DNA of 64,000 nucleotides, taken from contig CDROCS010004085.1 in NCBI GenBank assembly GCA_977020255.1, positions 372,001 to 436,000 on the forward strand, read 5' to 3'. Below, in pieces: positions 22,343 through 33,160 of this stretch (position 1 is its first letter; each line of letters starts with the position of its first letter). The notes beneath the pieces are model-generated. The model was not told the origin of the DNA. It saw nothing but the letters and a program-made list of their open reading frames with translations, and ran no database searches. The position numbers were made by a program, and so were the translations under genes. This stretch comes from Obrimoposthia wandeli (lineage: Eukaryota).

Positions 22343-24247
22343 TTAAATTTTAAATCGATTTACAATAGCAATTAACTGCTGATTCACATCAGCAACATCT
22401 TCAGCATCCTTCAACGCTTGCTGCCCATTTATATCTAACTCACCAACAATCTCACTAATAGCTGACATATTACGGCTCAATTCCTGAGTAACACAGCTTT
22501 GTTCTTCTGCTGCTGTCGCAATTTGAGTGCTAAGATTATGAATATCATCAACATAGTGAGTCATTGTATTTAAGCTGACAGAGACTTCACCAGAACCATC
22601 TGCCGTTTCCTGACATCTTTTTTTCGTGTTATCCATTGAATTAACGACCGTTTGCGTTCCATTTAACAGTCTCTCTAACGCCGATTCTACTTCGCCTGTA
22701 CTATCTTTTGTTCTGCTCGCAAGGTTACGCACCTCATCAGCAACGACTGCAAACCCTCGGCCTTGTTCGCCAGCACGAGCTGCTTCAATTGCCGCATTCA
22801 ATGCTAATAAATTTGTTTGTTCAGCGATTTCACTTATCACCGAAAGAATTGAATTAATACTTTGAGTTTCATTGTTCATTTTCTGAATATTTATAGCGGA
22901 ATCTTCAACATCCAAAATTAAAGCTGAAACGGTCTGCTGAGATTTTTCAACAATCTCACGAGATTCGATACTTGTTTCATTTGCTTGTTGGGTCAAGTTG
23001 GCAGTATTAGCGGCATCGGTTGCCATTGAGTCAGCTGTTGCATTCATTTCCTCTATTGCAGTAACAACCTGATCAGTCTCTGAAACATGATTCTGAATAA
23101 TTCCACTATTGCGTTCAGATTGTTCACGCATTCGCTCTACATTAGATTGTAAGGATGTTGTAGCACTTTGAATTTCAAACATCATACCTTGTAAGTTTTC
23201 AATGAACTGATTGACCCCTTGAGATATCTGACCAAGGTCGTCGTTTGTTTCTACCTTCAATCGTTTAGTTAAATCAGCATCACCACTGGATAAATCAAGA
23301 ACTGTTTCTTTTAAAGACAGAATTGGGCGGTATAATATATGAATAAGAATGAAGGCAATAATAATGCTAATTAAAGTCGCCACTGTTGTAATAAAAATAG
23401 CGCTATTTCTTACTACTTCTAATTTGGCAAGCGCCACTGAATTATCCACAGAGATAGTAAAATACCACTCTTTGTCTCCCGCATGAATTCGATGTGAAAA
23501 CAATGTCTTGTCTACACCGTCAAGAACATATTTAATTGCTGTGCTATCTTTATTTATTGCCAGAGAAGCAGCTGTCTTAAACCACCTATAATCAGTCCCT
23601 TTTTTTCCCACGATTAGCATTGGAGAAGAAGATGCCAATATTGTCGTATCGTGATTAAGGATAGTAGCAACGGCACCAGGAATATCATGAGATTGTTTAA
23701 CAAGATCGTTAAGAAATTCCAATTTCATGTCAGCTGAAATAGTACCATCTTTGATTTTTTCTATAACGGTCACCCAAAATACATTGTCCTCATCTAAATA
23801 AGGGTTAGTAACAGTAACACTTGGTGCATTTCTACCTGCTTTATACCATGGTGTGTTACTAACATCTCCATTGTATTTATTATTGGGCCATGTAGGGCTT
23901 GTTTGATTCCAATAGGCATCCCCATTTTCAAACGAAAGTGCTGCACTATTTAAATTCATCGCACTAGCTAAAAAATACGTTTTTGCAATTATCTCTTTAT
24001 CTGTTCCTTTGATCCCTTCGGTTTGATATAGGCTTGCTAATTTATGTATGCCATTAACTTTTTCATTTATAAAATCTTCAATTGTAGCGGCATTTGAAGC
24101 CACATATCCTTTACTTTCACCATTAATACGATCTATCAATGCATCCTTTTGCTGAAAGTAAAGGATCATGCTCGAGACGGAAACTGATAAGCCAACTAAC
24201 AACATCACCGATATTATTAATAATTTTTTCAATCCTAATTGTTTCAT
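22343..24247 (-). CDS. Methyl-accepting chemotaxis protein (Cache-type sensor, HAMP, MA)
   Basis: Two TMs; signalling motif [37 protein letters not shown]; ATG at 24247. Confidence 0.95.
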   Translation of the reverse strand: MKQLGLKKLLIISVMLLVGLSVSVSSMILYFQQKDALIDRINGESKGYVASNAATIEDFINEKVNGIHKLASLYQTEGIKGTDKEIIAKTYFLASAMNLNSAALSFENGDAYWNQTSPTWPNNKYNGDVSNTPWYKAGRNAPSVTVTNPYLDEDNVFWVTVIEKIKDGTISADMKLEFLNDLVKQSHDIPGAVATILNHDTTILASSSPMLIVGKKGTDYRWFKTAASLAINKDSTAIKYVLDGVDKTLFSHRIHAGDKEWYFTISVDNSVALAKLEVVRNSAIFITTVATLISIIIAFILIHILYRPILSLKETVLDLSSGDADLTKRLKVETNDDLGQISQGVNQFIENLQGMMFEIQSATTSLQSNVERMREQSERNSGIIQNHVSETDQVVTAIEEMNATADSMATDAANTANLTQQANETSIESREIVEKSQQTVSALILDVEDSAINIQKMNNETQSINSILSVISEIAEQTNLLALNAAIEAARAGEQGRGFAVVADEVRNLASRTKDSTGEVESALERLLNGTQTVVNSMDNTKKRCQETADGSGEVSVSLNTMTHYVDDIHNLSTQIATAAEEQSCVTQELSRNMSAISEIVGELDINGQQALKDAEDVADVNQQLIAIVNRFKI

Positions 24248-24649
24248 TGTGTGTTCTTTTATACGTTGATTAAGTTCACAAATTAGAGCATGTAAGTTGA
24301 TGGTATTACAAACAATTTTAACAGTGCGGCTTCTTGGGTCTGTCGAGATGAACTTTGCAAAAGCGCTCAAATAACGTTCAGTTATCATAACTATCTCTTC
24401 ATTTTGGTCGTTGCTTGATGTATGCCCTATAGATATAAATCTAAAAATATGCTCGCTTGTTAATGGGTATGTTTATGGGTTAAATAACTATCGTGAATAC
24501 AAGAAGGTGCTCTGACAATGTAGTCGGTTTGATATTAGAATATCATCAAATATTGGAAACATGACGTTCGCATTTATGATTTCCGTTAAGAGTGCTAACA
24601 GCACATTTGAAGCCAGTCATTACATCCGATAGATGTATAAGGTTTCGTT

Positions 24650-25294
24650 ATGCTAGGCTCACGGTTTGATTGAAAAATTACTGATGAAGTCCGGCATAAA
24701 TAACTTTCAACACCCTGTTTTTAGGTTGTCATTAAACCTGCTGAGCAGCTTAATTTGATGGTGGAACGCTTTAGAAAACATGAGAACCTAAATGACAAAA
24801 TTGAAGAGATAGCCATTGACTCTACGGGGCTTAAGCTGTTCGGTATGGATGAGTGGCACCAGAAAAAATATAAAATTGATGCTAAATGAAGCTGGCGAAA
24901 AGCGCACTTTTCAGTTGATAAAGCCACTTCATTCAAAGCGCAGTACTCACCGATAAAAACACGATGGGTGCTCTGGTTCTCAGCGTGTTATGTCAGTCCA
25001 TCATTACGGATATCGAGCACGCCAGTACCGACATAAATGTATGATACCAATGCGGTGTACCAAACGTTAGAAGCCCGTTTTCCGAAAGCCAAGATTGTTA
25101 TTCCGCCTAATGATTATACATTTTTCGATGAGGTTCTTCACCGCAAAAGGATGAGGAATCTGATGGGCTATTTCATTCTAGATATTATAGGTTGGCAGAG
25201 CGTACTGCAATGCGGGAAAGGAATATTTCAGAAGCGGCTACGCAATGTTAATAAGGAGGTCGTTGGTAATATTTTACACTATAAACATTTTTAA
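24650..25294 (+). pseudogene. IS5-family (IS903-like) transposase pseudogene
   Basis: Reads IAIDSTGLKLFGMDEWHQKK..*SWRKAHF and YDT...KIVIPP, with stops and frameshifts. Confidence 0.75.
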
Positions 25295-25931
25295 AATTAG
25301 TTTAAAAATATTATTTGGCAGCTCTGTTTTAAATATATGTACTTACATCTGGGGCTTAATAACGACTGAGTTGTCTGACTGTATCAAAATGTCATAAAGC
25401 TTTATCGCTACAACGAAGCCATGAGTTGGAATATGAAGATGATGTTGCTCTGCACATTTACCTACCGAAGGTGGAATGTTTTTTTGAAGCAACCTCACAA
25501 AAAGTTTTTAATAAATTAAACGTCAATCAAACTCTATAAATGACGTAAAAACAGTCATGGAAAATTCACGGTGCTAACGTATTTTTATTAAAGCTAGAGG
25601 GTGAATTTAAATTATTGTAAGTTAATAATATTTAAGCATGTAAATGAAATTATAAAAAATAATTTACAATTAAATTCTTATGATATGAAAGTGTGGTTTA
25701 ATTTAAATTAAAAACCGATCTGAAGGTTGTAGTAAATGCAGCGAAGTTTAATGTGACATCTAGAATTAAAAATACCCTACGGGTAATCATGAAATAAATG
25801 TTAACTATACTCATGTGGGCTCTATTTCGTGTTTTTTGATAAAGTCACCCGTAGATTATTGCCTGATTTACCAATAATGAAATGAATATATTCAACAGAG
25901 CATCCGTAAAGAGCTCTTTTTTTGTGAGTAT

Positions 25932-26157
25932 AAAGAGCTTCACCAAGATGTAAGAGTGCTTAGACTACAAAATTTTCAGCCATCTTATTAGTATTTATGT
26001 TGTAATGTTATGATAGCGAGTGTTCTAAGGTATGATATTCATGTAATTGATTACCTTCGTAACACTCTCGATTCTATGTAACACAAAAAATAACTTAATA
26101 AGAATGAAGCAATCAAAGAGTTTCACCAAGACGTAATAGCACTTAGTCTTCAAAACT
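25932..26157. repeat. Pair of imperfect 43-bp direct repeats (25932-25974, 26115-26157)
   Basis: 35/43 identity by manual alignment; period 183 bp. Confidence 0.6.
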
Positions 26158-26172
26158 AGTATCCATGAACTA

Positions 26173-26262
26173 GTTCTTTAATAGTACTCGCGAGATCGCA
26201 ATACGTTGGCGTTGACCACCTGAAAGTTTCACACCACGTTCACCACTTGAGCATCATACCCA
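26173..26262 (-). pseudogene. 90-bp duplicated fragment of the ABC exporter gene (signature-motif region)
   Basis: Matches 29504-29594 except one substitution and a 1-bp deletion. Confidence 0.9.
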
Positions 26263-26512
26263 ATAAGGCCAACGTGTATGTACTTCTTGCCGCAGGATCA
26301 AGATGAGTTAGATTCAAAAGGGCGTATTGACAATCGGTTGGAATGGCATTGTTAGTGTCAGTTACGTGGCATTGAATTTGGAAGTGCGGGGCAGATGATT
26401 GAAGGCGATCCGCAATACTGTCGGTTTGTGATGAGGCAAGAGGCATGGCATTTCTGGCTGCGCAACAAGTCATGATCCCCAAACTAATAAATGAACGTAG
26501 GAAGCATTTCAT
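26255..26512 (-). pseudogene. Truncated second copy of the cytolysin (first 86 codons)
   Basis: 75/86 aa identical to the N-terminus of the 17722-19572 protein; upstream DNA is also homologous. Confidence 0.92.
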
Positions 26513-26601
26513 GGGTATTCTTAATTGTAGTGGTGAAAAGGTAAGTAACGGCAGGAGTGTAAAAGTGAAATGTATATCCATACTGGTGCACGGTTATGTG
26601 T

Positions 26602-27485
26602 TATCAATCCAACTAATTATCTAACATCTGGCTTTCGGTATGGTTAATACCAACTCGTAGACGCTGATATGCCCTTTACTGAAATTGGCTATGATGCAGC
26701 TGATGAACACAACAAAAACGATAAAAAGAATGTCTTAATATTAGTTGTTGGCGAAGCATCGTGTTCAATGAACTACTCGCTGAATGGCGATGGACGCCAA
26801 ACGATCCCTCAATTAGCGCAACAAGATGTGATTAGTTTTAAAAATGTCAGTTCTTGTGGTACTGCGACGGCTGTTTCGTTGCCATTCAGGTTCGTGTTAT
26901 GACGGTATTTTACTTGAGCAACTCAAAGAATACATTGGTCATTAAAACAAGATTCAGTTGTTGTACTGCACTTAATTGGCAGTCATGGACCGACTTATAA
27001 CGACCGTTATCCTGATGAATTTAAAGTCTTCAAGCCCACGTGTAATACGAGTGAAATCCAAGGTTGCTCAAAAGAGGAGTTATTAAATACTTATGATAAT
27101 TCTATTCTCTATACCGACCATATTCTAAATAGCGTTATTACTATTTTAAAAAATGACGAAAGTAGCCATAATACCGCCATGTTCTATCTCGCTGATCATG
27201 GTGAGTCACTTGGTGAAAAAGGGGTATATTTGCATGGACTTCCTTATAATATCGCCCCTAAAGAGCAAACCACAGTGCCTATGATTATGTGGTTATCGCC
27301 ACAGTTTCAGCAAGACCGACATATCAACAGCAAATGTCTCCGTAAAGAAGCTGAAGCGGGGGGATATTCACAAGATAATTTATTCCATTCTGTTCTTGGT
27401 ATGATGGATGTGAAGACTGCAGAATATAAGCCAGAACTCGATATGTTTTTAACATGTGACGACCCAGTCGGCATCTTGAAAATAT
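26602..27485 (+). pseudogene. eptA: eptA pseudogene (second copy)
   Basis: Homologous to 20560-21624; 5' part missing, 191-bp internal deletion and a 1-bp deletion near 26940. Confidence 0.92.
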
Positions 27486-27626
27486 ATAGCGTATGTAATC
27501 GTTGTGATTTCTTGTGTTTATATACTTACTCGGCTCGATAAAGATACGTATCGGGCCGTATTTGATAGTTAGCAAAAGTGTTAGTTGGTTTGAACTAGCA
27601 TGTATTCGTAAATAGAGAGTGTAATA

Positions 27627-27983
27627 ATGAAGCCTGGAGCTACAGGGATAAAGCGCGTTATTGATGCAACGGGTTATTCTATTCAGGGATTGAAAGCAGC
27701 ATGGATAAATGAAGCGGCATTTCGTCAAGAATCGGTACTTTTAGTTGTACTGACTATAGTTACTTGTTTTCTTCCGGTGACAAAATTTGAACAGCTAGCA
27801 ATGATTGCAAGCATGTTTATTGTGGTGATTGTAGAGCTAATTAATTCTGCCATAGAAGCCGTCGTAGACCGTATTGGTTCTGAGCATCATGAATTGAGCG
27901 GGCGAGCAAAAGATATTGGTTCTGCTGCGGTATTTGTCTCAATGTGTTTAGTCGCCATTACATGGCTGGTTATTTTACTCTAA
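27627..27983 (+). CDS. dgkA: Diacylglycerol kinase (copy 2, intact)
   Basis: 110/118 aa identical to copy 1. Confidence 0.95.
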   Translation: MKPGATGIKRVIDATGYSIQGLKAAWINEAAFRQESVLLVVLTIVTCFLPVTKFEQLAMIASMFIVVIVELINSAIEAVVDRIGSEHHELSGRAKDIGSAAVFVSMCLVAITWLVILL

Positions 27984-28056
27984 AGATTGTTTAACTGTGT
28001 TTTTATGCAGTTAAATAACCTTATAGTTCTACATATAAATAAAATGGTTTGAATTA

Positions 28057-28980
28057 TCACAGGTCAAATACGACTTGATTGCGACCATTTCTTTTTGCTT
28101 GGTAAAGTGCACGATCTGCTTTGAAATAACTTGATTCAAAGGTCGTACTTTTCATTATTTTAGTTAACCCAATGGATACAGTGCAAGAGACTTCTGCTGG
28201 AACGTGATGGGTTGATAAAACCGATACTTTTTGATTTTGGATAGTCTCTCTCAGTGTTTCAAGGCGAGAAACTAATTGAAGATGAGGGGCTTCTTTTAAT
28301 AAGAGTACGAATTCTTCTCCCCCTAATCGTGCAATATGCTCATCTTCATTCATTGACTCTGAAACAGTATTTGCGATGTGGGTAAGTACTTTATCACCCG
28401 CTAAGTGACCGTAACTGTCGTTAACATTCTTGAATAAATCAATATCAACAATCGCCATTAAATACTCATGAATATTCTCAGATTTGATAAGAGTATTGTA
28501 TGTTTCAATGAAGTAGCGACGGTTAAATAATCCGGTTAGCTCATCACGAGCGGCGAGGTTAATCAGCTGCTTTTCTCGCTGAATACGATCTGTGACGACA
28601 CTGATAAACGTGCAGAGTGCCTTTTTGCCTTCCCAATCAATCACATTGTCTGTGATTTCTGCGATCATTGGGTTGCCGTTCATATCTGTGTGATTAATGG
28701 TTTGACGCGGACTAGGGAGACCCAATTCAATCACGTTGTGATAACGCTGCTCAGCTTCAGCCCAATGGGATTTTTCAAATAAAACTTTAATTGTTTCTAA
28801 ATTCAATACGTCTTTGGCCGTATCAAGGCCACTAAAAACAGCGAATGCATCATTGGCATATTTTGGGACAAAATTGATATGAACGACACAAGGATTTGGA
28901 TGTGCATCCAATATTTGACGAAACGTTTCCATGTGTTTCATTACCTGAGTATGTTTGTTTTTTTTAATGATATCACGCAC
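28057..28980 (-). CDS. PAS-GGDEF diguanylate cyclase
   Basis: DELTGLFNRR, DIDLFKNVNDSYGHLAGD and RLGGEEF motifs; no RxxD I-site. Confidence 0.92.
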   Translation of the reverse strand: MRDIIKKNKHTQVMKHMETFRQILDAHPNPCVVHINFVPKYANDAFAVFSGLDTAKDVLNLETIKVLFEKSHWAEAEQRYHNVIELGLPSPRQTINHTDMNGNPMIAEITDNVIDWEGKKALCTFISVVTDRIQREKQLINLAARDELTGLFNRRYFIETYNTLIKSENIHEYLMAIVDIDLFKNVNDSYGHLAGDKVLTHIANTVSESMNEDEHIARLGGEEFVLLLKEAPHLQLVSRLETLRETIQNQKVSVLSTHHVPAEVSCTVSIGLTKIMKSTTFESSYFKADRALYQAKRNGRNQVVFDL

Positions 28981-29215
28981 TTATTGTATGTAAATATAGG
29001 CATGACAAATTATTGGGATGATGGTCATACTCTTAGGGCTACACCTTATGTCGCAGTATCTCTTAGCTGTATACCTTGAGGGCATTTAGGAAGGCTATGT
29101 ATCGTGGATTGTAGCGTTGAAGATGAATTAAAAGCCAGCTAACACTTGAGCAATAAGTGTAACTGGCTTGATCTAAAGTATAAAAACCGTATTGGCTTCC
29201 GGCAACTCTATTTGT

Positions 29216-31063
29216 TTATTTATCTGTTATTTCATCTTCGCTACCAATAAACCCACCCGTCTGGTGCGCCCATAACTGCGCATAAATACCTTTTTGAGCA
29301 ATCAGTTCTTGATGTGTTCCTTGCTCTGCAATATCACCTTTATCGAGCACTATAAGACGGTCCATTGCGGCAATGGTGGATAAACGGTGGGCAATGGCAA
29401 TCACGGTTTTACCTTGCATCAGTTCATACAGACTTTCTTGAATGGCAGCTTCAACTTCTGAATCTAATGCTGAAGTTGCTTCATCTAGCAGTAGGATAGG
29501 GGCGTTCTTTAATAGTACTCGAGAGATCGCAATACGTTGGCGTTGACCACCTGAAAGTTTCACACCACGTTCACCCACTTGAGCATCATACCCAGTATTA
29601 CCGTATGGGTCTGATAGCGCGCCAATAAACTCATGCGCATGGGCTTGTTTGGTTGCCGCGAGTAACTGTTCTTCTGTTGCATCAGGGTTACCATACATAA
29701 TGTTTTCACGAATAGAACGGTGCAGCAATGATGTATCTTGCGTGACCATGCCAATTTGTGCGCGGAGTGAATCTTGCGTCACTTGTGCAATGTTTTGACC
29801 ATCAATACTGATAGAGCCAGATTCGACATCGTGAAAGCGCATTAACAGGTTAACCATAGTGGATTTACCCGCGCCAGATCGCCCGACTAATCCGACTTTT
29901 TCGCCCGGTTTAATATTGAGGTTCAGCTTTTCAATCACCCCTGATTTTTCACCGTAATGGAAATTAACCTCGTCAAAGTGAATACCACCATTGTTTACTA
30001 CCAGTATTGGTGCGTCTTTCTTATCGGTAATCTCAACAGGTTTTGATAGTGTGCGCATACCGTCAATGACGGTACCGATATTCTCAAACAGACCACTAAT
30101 TTCCCACATAATCCACTTAGACATGCCATTGATACGTAATGCTAAGCTTACTGCGACAGCGATTGCCCCGATAGTGACAGCAGAGATTGTCCATAGCCAA
30201 ATAGCAAGACCAGTAATAGAGAACACAAGCAGGTAATTAATGATCTCTACATTAATATTTAACCCTGTAACGAGGCGCATTTGGCGATGCACTGTGCCAA
30301 GAAAGCCTTTCATACCTTGTTCTGCGTATTCGGTTTCACGATCAGTATGTGAAAACAACTTAACGGTTTGAATATTGGTATAACTGTCGACAATGCGTCC
30401 TGTCATGGTAGAACGTGCATCAGCTTGTTCGGTTGATACTGCCTTTAGTTTGGGCACGAAATACAGTTGAATACCCACATAAGCCGCCAGCCATAACAGC
30501 ATTGGTATCATTAAACGATAATCAGACTGGGCAATTAACACTACCATCGCGGTGAAATACACCGTGATATAAACCAATACATCCAGTAACTTCATTACCG
30601 TTTCTCGTACCGATAATGACGTTTGCATGACCTTAGTGGCAATTCGACCAGCAAAATCATTTTGATAAAATGACACGCTTTGTTTTAGCAGGTAGCGGTG
30701 TGCTAGCCAACGAATAGCCATTGGGTAGTTACCCAATAATGTTTGATGCAGCAATAATGAATGAAGAAAAACCAGAGCGGGCACGACAAACAGTACGATT
30801 AGGCTCATTACAATGAGCTGTCCGCCTTCTTCGGCAATAAATGTGTCGGGATTATGCTGTGTTAGCCAATCAACCAGTTGTCCCATAAAGCCAAATAGGG
30901 ATACTTCTACTACTGCGATAACAGCACTGAGTAATGACATTGCAATGAGTGGAAGCTCAAACCCTTTGGTGTAGTGGCGACAAAAAGCAAACAGACTTGC
31001 TGGTGGCTGATCAGGATCCTGTTTAGGAAAAGCTGAGGTCAGTTTTTCAAAGCGTTTGTACAT
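29216..31063 (-). CDS. ABC multidrug-type exporter, fused TMD-NBD (VcaM-like)
   Basis: GRSGAGKST, LSGGQRQR and LLLDEATSALD motifs; 6-TM N-terminal half. Confidence 0.93.
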   Translation of the reverse strand: MYKRFEKLTSAFPKQDPDQPPASLFAFCRHYTKGFELPLIAMSLLSAVIAVVEVSLFGFMGQLVDWLTQHNPDTFIAEEGGQLIVMSLIVLFVVPALVFLHSLLLHQTLLGNYPMAIRWLAHRYLLKQSVSFYQNDFAGRIATKVMQTSLSVRETVMKLLDVLVYITVYFTAMVVLIAQSDYRLMIPMLLWLAAYVGIQLYFVPKLKAVSTEQADARSTMTGRIVDSYTNIQTVKLFSHTDRETEYAEQGMKGFLGTVHRQMRLVTGLNINVEIINYLLVFSITGLAIWLWTISAVTIGAIAVAVSLALRINGMSKWIMWEISGLFENIGTVIDGMRTLSKPVEITDKKDAPILVVNNGGIHFDEVNFHYGEKSGVIEKLNLNIKPGEKVGLVGRSGAGKSTMVNLLMRFHDVESGSISIDGQNIAQVTQDSLRAQIGMVTQDTSLLHRSIRENIMYGNPDATEEQLLAATKQAHAHEFIGALSDPYGNTGYDAQVGERGVKLSGGQRQRIAISRVLLKNAPILLLDEATSALDSEVEAAIQESLYELMQGKTVIAIAHRLSTIAAMDRLIVLDKGDIAEQGTHQELIAQKGIYAQLWAHQTGGFIGSEDEITDK

Positions 31064-31513
31064 AAAATGGAGTATCCAATAAAAGCGTATGATTGTCAGG
31101 TAGCAGAATGTTACGTGCGCTTACAGCGTACATTTTAACGTAAAAAAGCGCCAAGTTGATTATCTAATGTACGACCCAGAAGGTAAAGCGTTGTGTCGTG
31201 TCAATGTAGATAAGTACCTGGTTAAATTGTTTATTACTTTGCTTTAGTGACGGCTACTGGTCTTTTTCCATTACATGCAGCCGACGTGATCCGCAATTTG
31301 TTTTACCGTCAGGGGGGCGTGGTGGGCAAGATGATGGCTTATTTATCAATTAAGCCGCTCGTAACGATGGGGGAAAGTTAAAAAACACCCTGCTTACGCA
31401 TAAAATTGAACATCAAGCGTATGTATTAGCATTCAACGGTGAGTTTGAAATCATTGATAATCAGCAAGCAGTATTGATAAAAAAGCGCGCTATTAAGCGC
31501 ACTTTAATATTAA

Positions 31514-32422
31514 TTACTGTAAGGCTAATCTTTTATCTTGTATAGAAAATTGTTGTTTTTCACCTGTTTTCTGATTAAAGCGCTCGCCTAATTGATCATT
31601 TTCATTAAATGTAATGCTTATATCTTCTAATACAACATTTCTCTTATCGATATGTTTTTTAGTAAGTGTTACATTCGAGCCAACTGATTCAATACTATGA
31701 TATGTATTAGTATATTTACTATATTCTAACAAATGATTATCGAATGAAATTTCTGTGTTTTTACCTGAGCCAGTTTCAAGCTCCATTTTTATATTGTTTT
31801 CATTTTCATTTTCACTTTTAGTATAGGTATATTTATATTGTCGTTGCTTATAAATATTTTTATTATAATTTGCTACAACTACTTTTTCTGTAACAAAATA
31901 GTCACCATATTGGTCAAAAGTATCAGATTTAAAATGAAAACCGTTATCCATAAATGGCCATTCTATTTTAGTTATAGTAAGGGTATGACCATTATTTGAA
32001 ACGCAAGCATCACCAAGGCAATATTGACTATCCGAATGTTTTCCTTCACGCATAACATAGTCAATAGCTTGATTTTCGTTACTCACCCCATCATGATTAA
32101 TCATTGTTCTAACTTTCTCGTGAAAATATAGCACTATTCCTGCCGATTCACGCACATCATTTTCTAGTTCATTGGCAAATGAATCATTGCTATTTGTTTT
32201 TAGCGTGCCAAGCTCCGTTACAGGGTTTATAAAGTTTTTTGTTATTTCATCCTCAATCTTAAAAAAAGTTGATGTTTCTGGGTTTACAATTTCAATTTCT
32301 TTATCAGTAGAATCTGTTACAACTGGTGTAGTACTAATAGTAGGCTTCACTGAGTCATTACCACCGCCGCCACAGCCAGTAAGAAATGAGATTATTGACA
32401 AACCTAATAATAACTTTTTCAT
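31514..32422 (-). CDS. Hypothetical lipoprotein
   Basis: Lipobox LTGC followed by GGGG; visibly AT-rich; no family recognised. Confidence 0.8.
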   Translation of the reverse strand: MKKLLLGLSIISFLTGCGGGGNDSVKPTISTTPVVTDSTDKEIEIVNPETSTFFKIEDEITKNFINPVTELGTLKTNSNDSFANELENDVRESAGIVLYFHEKVRTMINHDGVSNENQAIDYVMREGKHSDSQYCLGDACVSNNGHTLTITKIEWPFMDNGFHFKSDTFDQYGDYFVTEKVVVANYNKNIYKQRQYKYTYTKSENENENNIKMELETGSGKNTEISFDNHLLEYSKYTNTYHSIESVGSNVTLTKKHIDKRNVVLEDISITFNENDQLGERFNQKTGEKQQFSIQDKRLALQ

Positions 32423-32566
32423 TTTGTATTCTTATTTAGTAAAAATCCTTTACAAATTAACTCGCCAAACTCCCTGTAACGAGTTTAAATAAATATGTGT
32501 CAGCCATTCTCATGGCCGTTTTTAGATTTATATTATGGAACTTAAATATCTTTATTGGGATGCAAG

Positions 32567-32582
32567 TGTGACGTGGGTCACG
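32567..32582. promoter_or_regulatory. CRP-like site
   Basis: TGTGA-CGTGGG-TCACG. Confidence 0.55.
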
Positions 32583-32754
32583 TTTTAAGTTTTGACGCAT
32601 ACTAATACCTTTATGACCGACAGTAAAGCTTTATTGGTCTTTTTGACCTGCTGATTATTATTGTATGAACGATGACAATATTGATGATAAAAGGCGATGG
32701 TGCAGAAGTGACTAAATAACTCGAGATCAGCCTTAAAGCTATTAAGCTGGATAA

Positions 32755-33096
32755 TTAAAGTCGTCCATAAAACGTAAGTAGAGCTGATTCTGACAATTGG
32801 ATATCCGGTTGTGAGTTGTAGGCTAACACCACTAACATTCGGGTGGTATCAGCACGAGTCGGGGTAACTCGAGGCATGGCATTACGGCCGCGAAACATCG
32901 TCAACGTCCCTGGTGCTGCACTTAAGGTTTTAGGTTGTTGCTGGCCGCATAAAACCTTAGCCACGCCCTGATAATTCATTTCACTGTTGTCTGCATTACG
33001 CATGTTTTCGAGGTATTCAAAATCACCACCGGCTTCCGGGTTCTGGATGAGCAAGGTAATTGAAAATGAAGACTCATCAAAATGCCAGCGGAACAC
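32755..33096 (-). pseudogene. 2OG-Fe(II) oxygenase C-terminal fragment
   Basis: WHFD...GGDFEY...FRGRNAMPRVTP...R; no 5' half, and the usual HRV histidine reads P. Confidence 0.7.
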
Positions 33097-33160
33097 AAAC
33101 GCCCAAGGTTATTAGCCTTGAGCGTTTCTTCTAGCAGAGTTGATTATGACAAACCAAGAC

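Noticed and set aside
25932-26157. Repeat pair considered as a CRISPR array or integron attC sites
   Set aside because: Only two units, a 140-bp spacer, no cas or intI gene and no RYYYAAC/GTTRRRY cores.
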